Shown piece after piece: positions 47,542 through 57,448 of a stretch of 64,000 nucleotides of DNA. This stretch comes from Gemmatimonas sp. (lineage in GTDB: Bacteria > Gemmatimonadota > Gemmatimonadetes > Gemmatimonadales > Gemmatimonadaceae). The DNA is taken from NCBI GenBank assembly GCA_965279375.1, contig OZ257156.1, forward strand, positions 1,536,001 through 1,600,000, read 5' to 3'. The notes below the pieces were generated by a model. The model saw nothing but the letters and a program-made list of their open reading frames with translations. It ran no database searches and was not told the DNA's origin. How positions within the stretch are numbered: position 1 is the stretch's first letter; each line of letters opens with the position of its first letter. A program made the translations under genes and the position numbers.

Positions 47542-48108
47542 TCAGCGCTTCGGATTGGAGCTCGCGGCGCCTTCGAGAAGTTTGCGTCGCTGCGGTACGA
47601 AGGACGAGGGTAGCCAGCTCTTTTGGTCGCTGTCGACGCCAAGCTTGGTGCTGACGACTTCCACGCGGTCCGGCACGACGCGCACGAGTACGACGCTGGT
47701 GTCCTGGTCCGCGTAGAACGGTGTCCACGCTGGATTCCAGTGCGCACGCTTGGTTGCACGATCCCTCACGAGATACGCCCGGCCGGTGATGGCCACGTAG
47801 CTCAGCCGTTCGCGATCGAAGTAGTGCAGCGCCGCTCGTGAGTTCGCGCGCAGCTGTTGCACTTTGCGCGTGCGCGGATTGGTGGCAAACCACACCACCC
47901 AGTTGGAGTCGGGCTCCACGGGCTGGACCGTGCGTGACTGCGGCTGACCGCTGCCGTCGACGGTGATGAAGGTCGCGTAGGTTGCGGAGGTCACGATGGA
48001 GCGCGCGGCTGCGGGCAGGTCGACCGTCGTCGGCGGCGCTGATTGCGCGACGAGCGACGACGCGAGCAGGGTGCCGCTCAACGACAGCGTCAGGGTAAGG
48101 CGATTCAT
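47542..48108 (-). CDS. Pyridoxamine 5'-phosphate oxidase-like FMN-binding split barrel (general stress protein 26-like), with signal peptide
   Basis: TFITVDGSGQPQSRTV, VWFATNPRTRKVQQL, YVAITGRA. Confidence 0.75.
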   Translation of the reverse strand: MNRLTLTLSLSGTLLASSLVAQSAPPTTVDLPAAARSIVTSATYATFITVDGSGQPQSRTVQPVEPDSNWVVWFATNPRTRKVQQLRANSRAALHYFDRERLSYVAITGRAYLVRDRATKRAHWNPAWTPFYADQDTSVVLVRVVPDRVEVVSTKLGVDSDQKSWLPSSFVPQRRKLLEGAASSNPKR

Positions 48109-48159
48109 GTGCTCCGCCGTGGATACGTGCGGTGATCGAGATGACTGCTCACCGCTGGA

Positions 48160-50454
48160 CTAGAACGCCAGCATCTGCGTGAACTTCACGATCAGCGCTC
48201 GTCCCGTCACCGGGCTATCCGGCGTGAGGATGCGCTGGTCGTTGTAGACGATGAACAGGTCGCTGAGCGGATGATGGATGATATTGAAGCGCACGTTCGC
48301 GTTGAACTGCTTGCTCGTCTCGTCGTACTGCGAGAGCGCGTCCACGAACATGTTCGTGGTGAACGAATAGTTCACGCGCGCCGTCACGACGTTGTTGACG
48401 AAGGCGAGGTTGGGCTGGGTCAGCGTCGCAGCGGTGCGCTGCACACCCAGCGTCGCACGCAGCTTGTAGTTCGCGCGCAGCGTCATCGAGCCGTTGATGG
48501 TGCGCTGTGTGCCGTTGTACAGCCCGCCAAAGAGGTAACGAACATTGGCGGAGATGGCTCGGCTCTGGTCGGTTATTCCATACAGCGACCATTCATTCCA
48601 CGCATAGCCGCCTGCGGCCAGCGGCGCGCGCATGTTGCGGTTGGGGCGGAATGGCGCGTCGAGGCGATTGAAGGTGGGATTGACGGCGACCTCGAAGACC
48701 GCGCCGTTGTTGAAGAACCACGACTGCCCAGAGTGCAGCTTCTTGCTGACGACGCGCCCCTGCAGATCCTCCTGGTAGTCCCACGTCACGTGCGGGTGCA
48801 GCTCGCGAATGCCGTGCGTACGCAACCATGCAGAACGCGGGCGAATGCCCGTGTCGAGCAGATACTTGCGCATGTCTGTGCGGCGATAGAATCCGAGATC
48901 GTTCTGGAAGCCGGCGCCCAGCTGCATCACGCCGCCTTTCACGTGCAGGAAATTGCCCTCACGATTGAGCGTCGTACGCCATGCATAGTCACCCTTGGTG
49001 ATGCCGGGCGTTTCGGTCTTCACGACGTACGAATTCCAGTCGAGCGTCTTGAAGAGTCGGACGTTGTTGTCGATGCCGTACACGCGATTGATGTAGTCGC
49101 CGCGGCGGTTGCGGATGCCGGTGTCGGCGCCGCCCAGATTCGCACGTTGCATCGCGAACACCCCGACGTCGCTCCCCGAGCGACCGAGGTTCTGTCGGAA
49201 GCGCAGCACACTCGAGTTGGCGCGTGGATTCAGCTCGTCGCCTCGCTCGGAGATGGAGAGCAACCCCACACGCGTGCCCTCGGTGAGCTTACCGGTGAGT
49301 CGCACCCCGCCATCGATCGGGATCTGCAGCCCCGACGAGCTCAAGCCGATGCGGCGTGAGAAGAAGAGCAGGTTGTCTTCGTCGGGCGTTGGCGTCGGGT
49401 TCACGCGATTGTTGCGCGCGGCATCACCCACGTAGAACACGCCCGAATTCTCGAGGAAGAAGTCGCGCTTCTCCGGGAAGAACTGTGAGAACTGCGTCAG
49501 GTTGACCTGCTGCTCGTCCGCTTCGGCCTGGCCAAAGTCCGGATTGATCGTGAGGTCGAGCGTTAAACCCGGAGTGAGCGCTGCCTTGAGGTCCGCCCCG
49601 ATCGCTGCGTTGTTGGCAAAGGTCGGATTGGGGCGAGCCTTGGTGCCGAGATCGCGCACGGTGTTGCCGACGATGAACGGCTTGATGCGCAGGTCGCGCC
49701 CCGACTTACCCGTCTGCAGGCCGGCAAGATTGCCCGCCAGCGAAATGCGATTGAGGTTGAACGCGCGCGGCACCGGCGACCAGAAGTCGATCTCGTTCTT
49801 GCGGCGCACATGGCGCGAGAAGTTGATCCCCCACTGTGTCGCACCGGACTTGTCGAAGCGCAGCGCGCGAAAGGGAATACGCAGCTCGGCGGTCCAGCCG
49901 CCCTCGTAGCGGTGCGTGTGCACTTCCCAGACCGCGTCCCAGCTCTGGTTCACTTCGCGTCCTTCGAGCGCGACCTGTCGGTCGTGCCGCGCGCCTTCCA
50001 CGTTCGTGCTGAACACGTAGCCGTTGCGACGGTCGCCGAACGTGTCGAGCAGCAGTTCGAAGTCGTCCTGGTCTTCTTCCTTGAAGTCCTTTTTGATATC
50101 CGTCACCAGCAGCGACTTGGGGTGCGAGTCGTGCATGTTGGCCGCGACGTACAGGTTGTCATCGTCGAACGCCACCCACACTTCCGTTGCTTCGGTGGCG
50201 GGCTGTCCGGTGAGTGGCTCGCTCTGCACGAAGTCCGCCGCCGGCTTGGAGGACTTCCACACCAGTTCATCGAGCACGCCATCGACCTTGATGGCGCCGG
50301 TGGTCTTCGTGGCCGTCACTTCACGTCGGGCATCCTGCACTGGGCGCGATATGGGTTGCTGCGCCACGCCGCGCTGCGGAAGCAGCAGGCATACAGCGAT
50401 CAGAGCGACCTGTGTGGTGCGGCCGGTGGCGATGACGGAAATCGGCGAGGGCAT
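48160..50454 (-). CDS. CBM9-like domain plus DUF5916 outer-membrane protein
   Basis: VDGVLDE..W, LDTFGDRRNGY, GWTAELRIPFRALRF, TINPDFGQAEAD, FFPEKRDFFLEN, FFSRRIG; terminal F. Confidence 0.8.
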   Translation of the reverse strand: MPSPISVIATGRTTQVALIAVCLLLPQRGVAQQPISRPVQDARREVTATKTTGAIKVDGVLDELVWKSSKPAADFVQSEPLTGQPATEATEVWVAFDDDNLYVAANMHDSHPKSLLVTDIKKDFKEEDQDDFELLLDTFGDRRNGYVFSTNVEGARHDRQVALEGREVNQSWDAVWEVHTHRYEGGWTAELRIPFRALRFDKSGATQWGINFSRHVRRKNEIDFWSPVPRAFNLNRISLAGNLAGLQTGKSGRDLRIKPFIVGNTVRDLGTKARPNPTFANNAAIGADLKAALTPGLTLDLTINPDFGQAEADEQQVNLTQFSQFFPEKRDFFLENSGVFYVGDAARNNRVNPTPTPDEDNLLFFSRRIGLSSSGLQIPIDGGVRLTGKLTEGTRVGLLSISERGDELNPRANSSVLRFRQNLGRSGSDVGVFAMQRANLGGADTGIRNRRGDYINRVYGIDNNVRLFKTLDWNSYVVKTETPGITKGDYAWRTTLNREGNFLHVKGGVMQLGAGFQNDLGFYRRTDMRKYLLDTGIRPRSAWLRTHGIRELHPHVTWDYQEDLQGRVVSKKLHSGQSWFFNNGAVFEVAVNPTFNRLDAPFRPNRNMRAPLAAGGYAWNEWSLYGITDQSRAISANVRYLFGGLYNGTQRTINGSMTLRANYKLRATLGVQRTAATLTQPNLAFVNNVVTARVNYSFTTNMFVDALSQYDETSKQFNANVRFNIIHHPLSDLFIVYNDQRILTPDSPVTGRALIVKFTQMLAF

Positions 50455-50658
50455 GGGCAGCGGCGAGGAGAAGGCCAAGACGGTTCGATCTTCGACATTC
50501 TACCGCAGAAAGGTCCAGTCCGCCGTGCTTGGCGTAACGATGCCCGGGCACGAACGACCCGCCATGACGCCCACGGCGGCCACCCCCAATCGCCCGTACA
50601 TTTTCCGGGCAATTGCACTGGCAACACCCACGGTCCTGTTCACGATTGGAGTCTGTTC

Positions 50659-53600
50659 ATGTCACGCCTGGCACCTCGGTTCCTTCTGCTGGCGGCGCTG
50701 CCGATCGCCAGCCTTTCCTCGCAGGGCAGCCCACGGACGGGAGGCTCGACGCGCGCGCCGAGTCCTGATGCATCGACAGCGTCGATGTCCGACTCGACGT
50801 TTGCTGGTTTGTCCTATCGCAACATCGGGCCGGCCAACATGTCGGGGCGCATGAGCGACGTCGAAGGCATCCCCGGCGATCCAAGCACCCTGTACATCTC
50901 CGCCGCATCCGGTGGCGTCTGGAAGACGACGAACGGTGGCGTGACGTGGAAGCCGCTCTTTGACAAGCAACCGGTGCAGTCGATCGGTGACATGGCCGTC
51001 GATCCGACCAACCCCGACGTGATCTACGTGGGCACCGGCGAGGCGAACGTGCGCAACTCTGTCTCGTTCGGGCAGGGTGTCTACAAGTCCACCGATGGCG
51101 GTCGCACGTGGAAGCTGTTGGGGCTCACGGACTCGCGTCACATCTCGCGTATCGTCATCAACCCCATCGATCCGCGCAAAGTGTACGTGGCAGCGATCGG
51201 CCACGCCTTTGGCCCCAATGAGGAACGCGGTGTCTTCATGAGCGAGGATGCCGGCGAGACGTGGAAGAAGGTGCTGTACATCGACAACGTGCATGGCGCG
51301 TCCGACATCGACATCGATCCGAAGAACCCGAACCTGCTGTACGCCGGCATGTGGCTCTTCGATCGCAAGCAGTGGACCTTCACCTCCGGCGACGAAAAGG
51401 GTGGCATCTATCGCTCTGCCGACGGCGGCAAGACATGGACGAAGGCCACCAAGGGGCTGCCCAAGCTGATGGGACGCATCGGTATCAAGGTGGCGCCATC
51501 ATCGCCCAACATCGTGTACTCCGTCGCTGAAACGCGCGAAGGGTACGTCTTCAAGTCCACCGACTACGGCGAGACGTGGACCAAGACCAGCGACAATGCG
51601 CACACGCTTGGTCGTGGCTTCTACTACGCCGATCTGCGCGTCGATCCCACCAATGAGAATCGCGTCTACACGCTGGGCATGTCGTTCAGTGTATCGGTGG
51701 ATGGCGGGCTGACCTTCAAGCCGATGACGGGCAACTTCCACGGCGATCATCAGACGATGTGGATCGATCCGAAGAACACGCGTCGCATGTTCATGGGTGA
51801 CGATGGCGGCTTGAACGTCAGCTACGATCAGGGTGGCGCGTGGCAGTGGTTCCCCAACTTGCCGGTCGGCCAGTTCTATCAGATCAGCTACGACATGCGC
51901 GAGCCGTACTACTCGGTGTCGGGCGGCCTGCAGGACAACGGCACATGGGTGGGACCGAGTCGTTCGCGCGGCGGGTCCATTTTGTCGGAGTCGTGGCGCT
52001 TCATTCAGGGTGGCGATGGCTACTACGCCGTGTCGCATCCGGACGATCCCGATCGCTTTCTCTCCGATCTGCAGGCCGGTGGCATCGTCGCGACGAATCT
52101 GCGCACGTTCGAGCAACGCGAAGCCAGTCCGCAGGTGAAGCGCATGGACGGCTATCCGGCCGACTCCAACAAGGTGCGCTTCAACTGGAACGCGCCGATC
52201 GTGAAGTCGCCGCACGATGGCAAGATCGTCTACTTCGCGGGCAACATCGTCTTCCGCTCCAGCGATTGGGGGACTACGTGGACCGCGATCTCGCCCGATC
52301 TGTCGAAGAACGACAAATCAAAGCAGGGAGACGCCGGTGGTCCGATTCTCAAGGAGAATACTGTCGCCGAGTACTACGGGACCGTGTTCTCGCTCGAGGA
52401 ATCGCCGGTGAAGAAGGGCGTGATCTGGGTGGGCACGGATGACGGCAACGTGCAGGTGACGCAGGATGACGGAAAGACGTGGACGAACGTCGCGCCGAAC
52501 ATTCCGGGCGTCGGCATCAACGCCGTCGTCTCTGCTGTTGAACCGTCGCACACCGATGCAGGCACGGCGTACGTGGGCATCGAGCGGCGCATGATGGACG
52601 ACTTCAAGCCGTATGTGTTCAAGACAACGGACTTCGGCAAGACGTGGACGAACATCACCGGCAACATGCCCGTTGGCGCGTACGTGCAAGTGGTGCGCGA
52701 AGACCCGAAGAATACGAACCTCGTCTACGTCGGTACTGAGCTTGGTCTCTACGCCAACTGGAACGGCGGGCGCGGCGACTGGACCAAGCTGCACCTCGGC
52801 AATCTTCCCAACGTGGCCGTGCACGAAGTGCGCGTTCATCCGCGCGAGAACGATCTGATCGTGGCCACGCACGGGCGTGCGATCTGGATTCTCGACGATG
52901 CCGCGCCCATTCAACAGATGACCGCGCAGATCGCGGCCAAAGCGGCGCATCTGTTTCCGCTGCGCGCCGCCACGCGCGTGAACACCGGCGGCGGCGAGTG
53001 GAACTGGGGCAGTCTGGCCTTCAAGGGAAAGAATGCGGAGTACGGGGCAACGATCTCGTACTGGATGAAGGACAAGCCGGCGTCGGACTCGCTCGTCAAG
53101 ATCGAGATTCTCAAGGAGGGCGCCGTCATCCGCACGCTCAAGAAACCGTCGGCCGCGCAAGGGTTCAATCGCGTGACGTGGGATTTGCGCTACGATGCCC
53201 CCAAGGTGTTGAGCGACATGCCGGCCGATTCGTCGGAAGCGGGTGATTGGCGCTCGCGTCCCGTGGGCGCGCAGGCGCTGCCCGGCAGCTACGCTGTGCG
53301 GCTGACGGTGAACGGTCAGTCACAGGAGCAGCCGCTCACCATTCGCATCGATCCGTCGAGTGGCATCACGATGGCCACGCTGCAGACGCAATTCACGCAG
53401 GCACAGCGGCTCAACGAAGTCATCACCAACCTCATCGAAACGGAGCGCGCTCTCGTCGCCTTCCGCGGCCAGATCGAGGAACGCAGCACGTCGGGTGTTG
53501 AGATGCGCGGCATCGTCGCGGCCAAGTCGCTGGTGACCGCGGCTGGCGAAGAGATCGGCAAGCTCGACTCGGTGCGACTGCAGGTCACGCGGCCTCGCCT

Positions 53601-53859
53601 CGACAAGGTGCCCTTCTACTCCGAGGGGCCGCGGCCTCTCGAGCGCGCGATGAATCTGATGGGCTCGATCGACAGTGGCCTCAATCCCACGATCCCCGGC
53701 CAACTCGAGTACGCTGGCGACGCGCGCCGAGACGCGCAGACGGTGATCGAGATGGTGGAGCGGCAGGTCGACGCCACGGTCAAGCGCATTAACCCGCTGT
53801 TGCAGGCGCTTGGACTACCGGCGCTGGCGCCGCCGGCCAAGAAACCCAACGCGATGTAG
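50659..53859 (+). CDS. BNR/Asp-box (VPS10/sortilin-like) beta-propeller protein, putative glycosyl hydrolase
   Basis: GGAG then ATG 50659; RNIGPANMSGR; repeated S/TxDGGxTW Asp-boxes; GGLQDNG; DLIVATHGR; helical C-terminus. Confidence 0.85.
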   Translation: MSRLAPRFLLLAALPIASLSSQGSPRTGGSTRAPSPDASTASMSDSTFAGLSYRNIGPANMSGRMSDVEGIPGDPSTLYISAASGGVWKTTNGGVTWKPLFDKQPVQSIGDMAVDPTNPDVIYVGTGEANVRNSVSFGQGVYKSTDGGRTWKLLGLTDSRHISRIVINPIDPRKVYVAAIGHAFGPNEERGVFMSEDAGETWKKVLYIDNVHGASDIDIDPKNPNLLYAGMWLFDRKQWTFTSGDEKGGIYRSADGGKTWTKATKGLPKLMGRIGIKVAPSSPNIVYSVAETREGYVFKSTDYGETWTKTSDNAHTLGRGFYYADLRVDPTNENRVYTLGMSFSVSVDGGLTFKPMTGNFHGDHQTMWIDPKNTRRMFMGDDGGLNVSYDQGGAWQWFPNLPVGQFYQISYDMREPYYSVSGGLQDNGTWVGPSRSRGGSILSESWRFIQGGDGYYAVSHPDDPDRFLSDLQAGGIVATNLRTFEQREASPQVKRMDGYPADSNKVRFNWNAPIVKSPHDGKIVYFAGNIVFRSSDWGTTWTAISPDLSKNDKSKQGDAGGPILKENTVAEYYGTVFSLEESPVKKGVIWVGTDDGNVQVTQDDGKTWTNVAPNIPGVGINAVVSAVEPSHTDAGTAYVGIERRMMDDFKPYVFKTTDFGKTWTNITGNMPVGAYVQVVREDPKNTNLVYVGTELGLYANWNGGRGDWTKLHLGNLPNVAVHEVRVHPRENDLIVATHGRAIWILDDAAPIQQMTAQIAAKAAHLFPLRAATRVNTGGGEWNWGSLAFKGKNAEYGATISYWMKDKPASDSLVKIEILKEGAVIRTLKKPSAAQGFNRVTWDLRYDAPKVLSDMPADSSEAGDWRSRPVGAQALPGSYAVRLTVNGQSQEQPLTIRIDPSSGITMATLQTQFTQAQRLNEVITNLIETERALVAFRGQIEERSTSGVEMRGIVAAKSLVTAAGEEIGKLDSVRLQVTRPRLDKVPFYSEGPRPLERAMNLMGSIDSGLNPTIPGQLEYAGDARRDAQTVIEMVERQVDATVKRINPLLQALGLPALAPPAKKPNAM

Positions 53860-53881
53860 GCGGGACGTTCCCTGCATCACC

Positions 53882-53907
53882 GGCGCGCAGCACCTCCGCT
53901 GCGCGCC
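53882..53907. terminator. Hairpin between convergent genes (possible bidirectional terminator)
   Basis: GGCGCGCAGC-ACCTCC-GCTGCGCGCC, perfect 10-bp stem. Confidence 0.55.
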
Positions 53908-54471
53908 CTACTCTGTCTGAGAACGACCGCACGCCGAGTTGGCAGCATCCCGCCGAGCCGTTGGTGCGACGTGAGTTGCGGTTGCAGGCGGCGTTTGCGT
54001 GAGCACGTTGTCATCCGCAAGCTGCGCATTACGAAACTTCGCGTCACGGTGCAGCGTGGCCGTCGGCTGTTCAAGCTCCTCGGAACGGTGCGTGCTGGTT
54101 GCTGCGGAGGACGGATTCGACAGCCAGTGGGCGCACCAGCTGAACCCCGCTGCAACCATGCCAACCAGCGCGGCGCCGAACCAGATGGCCTGACGCGCGT
54201 CGGGATCCATGGGATCGAAGAGCGGTAGCGAGACGAGCAAGGCCACCGCTGCGATCCCGGCGATCCCAATGGCCAACGACGCCCAGCGGGCGCGCCGCAG
54301 CACGCCGACGGCCCCGATCAGCGCGGATGAGCCGATCACCAACTGCAGCACACCAAACAATAGCGAGCCTGGCTCGGTATCTCGGAATTCATTCGGCACC
54401 TGCCGAAAGGCATTGCCGCCAATCAGCACGAGCGCTGCGGCGACCAGGTAGGCGCCCATCCGTCTGAGCAT
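53908..54471 (-). CDS. Hypothetical 4-TM membrane protein
   Basis: GAGGAG RBS before ATG 54471; four hydrophobic segments and a low-complexity tail. Confidence 0.55.
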   Translation of the reverse strand: MLRRMGAYLVAAALVLIGGNAFRQVPNEFRDTEPGSLLFGVLQLVIGSSALIGAVGVLRRARWASLAIGIAGIAAVALLVSLPLFDPMDPDARQAIWFGAALVGMVAAGFSWCAHWLSNPSSAATSTHRSEELEQPTATLHRDAKFRNAQLADDNVLTQTPPATATHVAPTARRDAANSACGRSQTE

Positions 54472-54492
54472 TGCTCGACTCCTCGATCGCGC

Positions 54493-55722
54493 TCAGTACT
54501 CGTTGAAGATGCGCTGGATCTCGCGCGGATCCTTCGTCTTGGTCAGCGCGACCATGAGCAGAATGCGCGCCTTGGTGGCTGTCAGGTGGAGTGCGGTCAC
54601 GCCCGGCGGTACCGGCGCTACGGCGGGACGTGCGGTGGATGTGCCGGCAGAATCACGACGCGTTGTGGTGTCCACGCGCGCAGGAGGCGGCGGACCATCA
54701 CCGCCTCCACCGCCGTTCACGTTCTCGCCAGAGGTGAATGACGTCACCACCACCACACCGGTCTGACGCAACGCGCGGTACGTCGCATTCTCAGCGTTCG
54801 TCATGCCCGTCGTCGCGACGACCACGCCCTTTGGATTGGTCGTGAATGTCTGCCCCGTGCCTCCGGGATACGACATCGTCAGCTCGACTTTCGGCAGCGT
54901 GTCGACGCCGGCGAGATCGAACTCGCTGCGTTCGCCGAAGCGACGTACCGGCGCAAAGAAAAACTCCGGCCCCTGCGATGCAACGACGCCGAGCATTCCC
55001 ATGTCGCCGGTGCTGAAGCCACCGGTGCGCTGATACAGCTTGCGTGATTCACGCGCCGACAGAATCCGGTCGTCCATCACCACCATCACGCCCTTCTGCA
55101 CGGCCTTGGGCGACGCGGCCGTGCGCACAGCTGCGAGCAGATTGATGGGGCCATCGGGGCTGATGCCCGTGGCTGGACGCTGCGCGCCGACCACGACCAC
55201 CGGTTTGCTGGAGCGCACGGTGAGGTAGAGAAAGAACGCGGTCTCTTCCAAACGATCGGTGCCGTGCGTGACCACCACGCCCGCCAGATCGCTGCGCTGC
55301 AACACCACGTTAATCCGCTTGGCCAGCTGCACCCACATCTCCGGCGTCACCAGCGTGCTGGCCACGTTCGAGAACTGCTCCGTCTCCACGCGTGCGTAGC
55401 GCGAGAGCTCCGGCACGGACGCCGTGATCTGCTCCGCCGTGAGCGTCCCCGCCCGATACCCGCCGAGCGTGCCGGGGGCATCCTGCACGCCGGCGATCGT
55501 GCCGCCTGTGGCGATGACGAGCACCTTGGGCGCGTTGGGGCTGGGCACGACAGCCGCTGCGCGCGCGGCGGTGCCGGCGGCCGGTGCGGGCGCGGCGGGA
55601 CGTGCCGCGGTCGGTGTGGCTGGCTGTGGGGAGGGCGCGGGAGCGGCATTGGGGCGCGCGCAGGCGACCAGCGCGAAAGCAATCAGTGCGACGGGCGTGC
55701 GGGCAGCGCGGATCAGGCGCAC
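54493..55722 (-). CDS. L-asparaginase family protein (type II-like), lipoprotein
   Basis: IATGGTIAG, HGTDRLEETAFFL, DGPINL, KARILLMVAL, IQRIFNEY; GGAG then GTG 55722; lipobox ALVAC. Confidence 0.85.
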   Translation of the reverse strand: MRLIRAARTPVALIAFALVACARPNAAPAPSPQPATPTAARPAAPAPAAGTAARAAAVVPSPNAPKVLVIATGGTIAGVQDAPGTLGGYRAGTLTAEQITASVPELSRYARVETEQFSNVASTLVTPEMWVQLAKRINVVLQRSDLAGVVVTHGTDRLEETAFFLYLTVRSSKPVVVVGAQRPATGISPDGPINLLAAVRTAASPKAVQKGVMVVMDDRILSARESRKLYQRTGGFSTGDMGMLGVVASQGPEFFFAPVRRFGERSEFDLAGVDTLPKVELTMSYPGGTGQTFTTNPKGVVVATTGMTNAENATYRALRQTGVVVVTSFTSGENVNGGGGGDGPPPPARVDTTTRRDSAGTSTARPAVAPVPPGVTALHLTATKARILLMVALTKTKDPREIQRIFNEY

Positions 55723-55858
55723 AGCGGGCTCCGGGAGTGTGGTGGTGCGAAAGTCGATACGACCTACGAAAGCATGTGTCCACACCACTGCGCCAGAGTC
55801 TTCGACGAGATAAGCGCCGAGATCGCGGGCGTGTCCGCCAAGCAACCCGACGGAACTG

Positions 55859-57271
55859 CTACTGCACTCGTTCGAGATTCCGCTTTTCGAGCGCAGCACT
55901 CAGTCGGAGCGCTGTCGGCGAGGTGGCCAACCCACCCAGCGAGGTACACCGATGCTCTCGCGGCATGCGCTCGGCCACACGCTTCGCGGCGTCCACCACT
56001 TCGTCGAAGGGGATCATCGCATCGAAGCCGGCCAGCGCCATGTTGGCGCACGAGACGGCGTTGCTGGCCGCGATGACGTTCTTGCCCAGACACGGAATCT
56101 CGACGCGCGCAGCCACAGGATCGCAGATGAGCCCGAGCATGCTTTGCAGCGCCATCGATGCCGCGCCCGTGGCTTGCGTGAGCGTGCCGTCGGCCAATGT
56201 CACCAACGCCGCCGCCGACATCGCTGCCGCCGAACCGCCCTCGGCCTGGCAGCCACCCACCTCTGCCGCAAACGTCCACGGCTCGGCGATAAACACGCCA
56301 ATGAGCCCAGCCGCCAGCATCGCGCGCGCCATGTCGTCCTCGGAACGCCCCATCGCTTCACCCATCGCGACGACGGACGCAGGGAGTGCCGCGCAGGCGC
56401 CTGCCGTGGGTGCAGCGACGATCACGCCCATCGCGCTCTTCACTTCCATCAGCGCGGTGGTGTAAAGCACCGTGCGGTTGAGTGCGCCCGCGTCGAGCAG
56501 GCGACCGTCTTGCATCGCCTTGGCGAACAACCCGGCCTGCGGACCCAGCAGACGATCCTCGTAGCTCGTTCCCGCAACGCCCTGCGCGATCGACCGGCGC
56601 AGAATGCGCACGATGTCACGCATCATCGACAACACGCTGTCCGCGTCGAGTCCACCGCGCGCCATCTCGTACTCCACCGCCCATTGCCACAGCGGACGCT
56701 CGCGACCGGCATCAAGCGCGGTCAACTCGGTGCAGCTGCGGAAGGGCAGTATGGCATCAGGCAACGACTGTACGGGCAACACCTGCTGCAGCACGCGATG
56801 GCCGTCGCCCACAGGCCACTCCACACTCGAGCCGCCATCCAGCGACACACGCGTACCGTCGATCTCGAGCACCTCGATCATGCCGCCGCCAGTCGAGATC
56901 GCGATCATCGTGTGTCGCTCGCGCGCGTTGGAGAGCGTGAGGCGATACGTGTTGGGGTGCGGGTCATGCAGATCAGCGTAGCGGAACTCGGCGACGATGC
57001 CGGCATTGCGGAGATGCACCGCAGACAGCGGCAATCGCTCGTCGGCCGCGTCCCATCCGAGCAGCCCACCAAACAGCCCCATATCGGAACCCTGCCCCTG
57101 ATGCGTGTTGGGCAGCGAGCCGAGGTTGTCGAACTCGATGAGGATGTGGGTGATGTCCGCACCCATCAGGTCGCGCGCGAGTCGACCGATGCGAAGGGCC
57201 GCCGCGCAATGCGAACTCGACGCACCGCGCATCACGGGGCCGATGACGTCATTGAAGATGCTGACTGCCAT
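55859..57271 (-). CDS. Fe-S L-serine dehydratase, fused beta+alpha chains
   Basis: Beta: SIFNDVIGPVMRGASSSH, HPNT, ISTGGG. Alpha: APTAGAC, GGCQAE, LGLICDPV, EIPC. GGAG then ATG 57271. Confidence 0.85.
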   Translation of the reverse strand: MAVSIFNDVIGPVMRGASSSHCAAALRIGRLARDLMGADITHILIEFDNLGSLPNTHQGQGSDMGLFGGLLGWDAADERLPLSAVHLRNAGIVAEFRYADLHDPHPNTYRLTLSNARERHTMIAISTGGGMIEVLEIDGTRVSLDGGSSVEWPVGDGHRVLQQVLPVQSLPDAILPFRSCTELTALDAGRERPLWQWAVEYEMARGGLDADSVLSMMRDIVRILRRSIAQGVAGTSYEDRLLGPQAGLFAKAMQDGRLLDAGALNRTVLYTTALMEVKSAMGVIVAAPTAGACAALPASVVAMGEAMGRSEDDMARAMLAAGLIGVFIAEPWTFAAEVGGCQAEGGSAAAMSAAALVTLADGTLTQATGAASMALQSMLGLICDPVAARVEIPCLGKNVIAASNAVSCANMALAGFDAMIPFDEVVDAAKRVAERMPREHRCTSLGGLATSPTALRLSAALEKRNLERVQ

Positions 57272-57448
57272 GGCGTGGCTCCGCGCAAAGGTCGCTGTCG
57301 AAGGGGAACGGATGGGGCAGAAGGTACGGACTCCATCCCGCGCGTCCAGAGGCGCGGGCAACGTATGGTGGAGTATCGCCCCGCCGCCGTAACGTATGCG
57401 TACTACAGGATGCGTTTCAGCCATGGGCCCCACTCACCCACGCTTCCC

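Noticed and set aside
49810..50658. 283-aa N-terminal extension making the BNR protein 1349 aa
   Set aside because: It is the antisense shadow of the DUF5916 gene. A GGAG RBS, ATG and signal peptide occur at 50659.
55952..57448. Apparent 1050-aa fusion with the M1 peptidase
   Set aside because: The first 499 codons are antisense to the serine dehydratase and read as shadow-ORF composition. The peptidase starts at about 57449.
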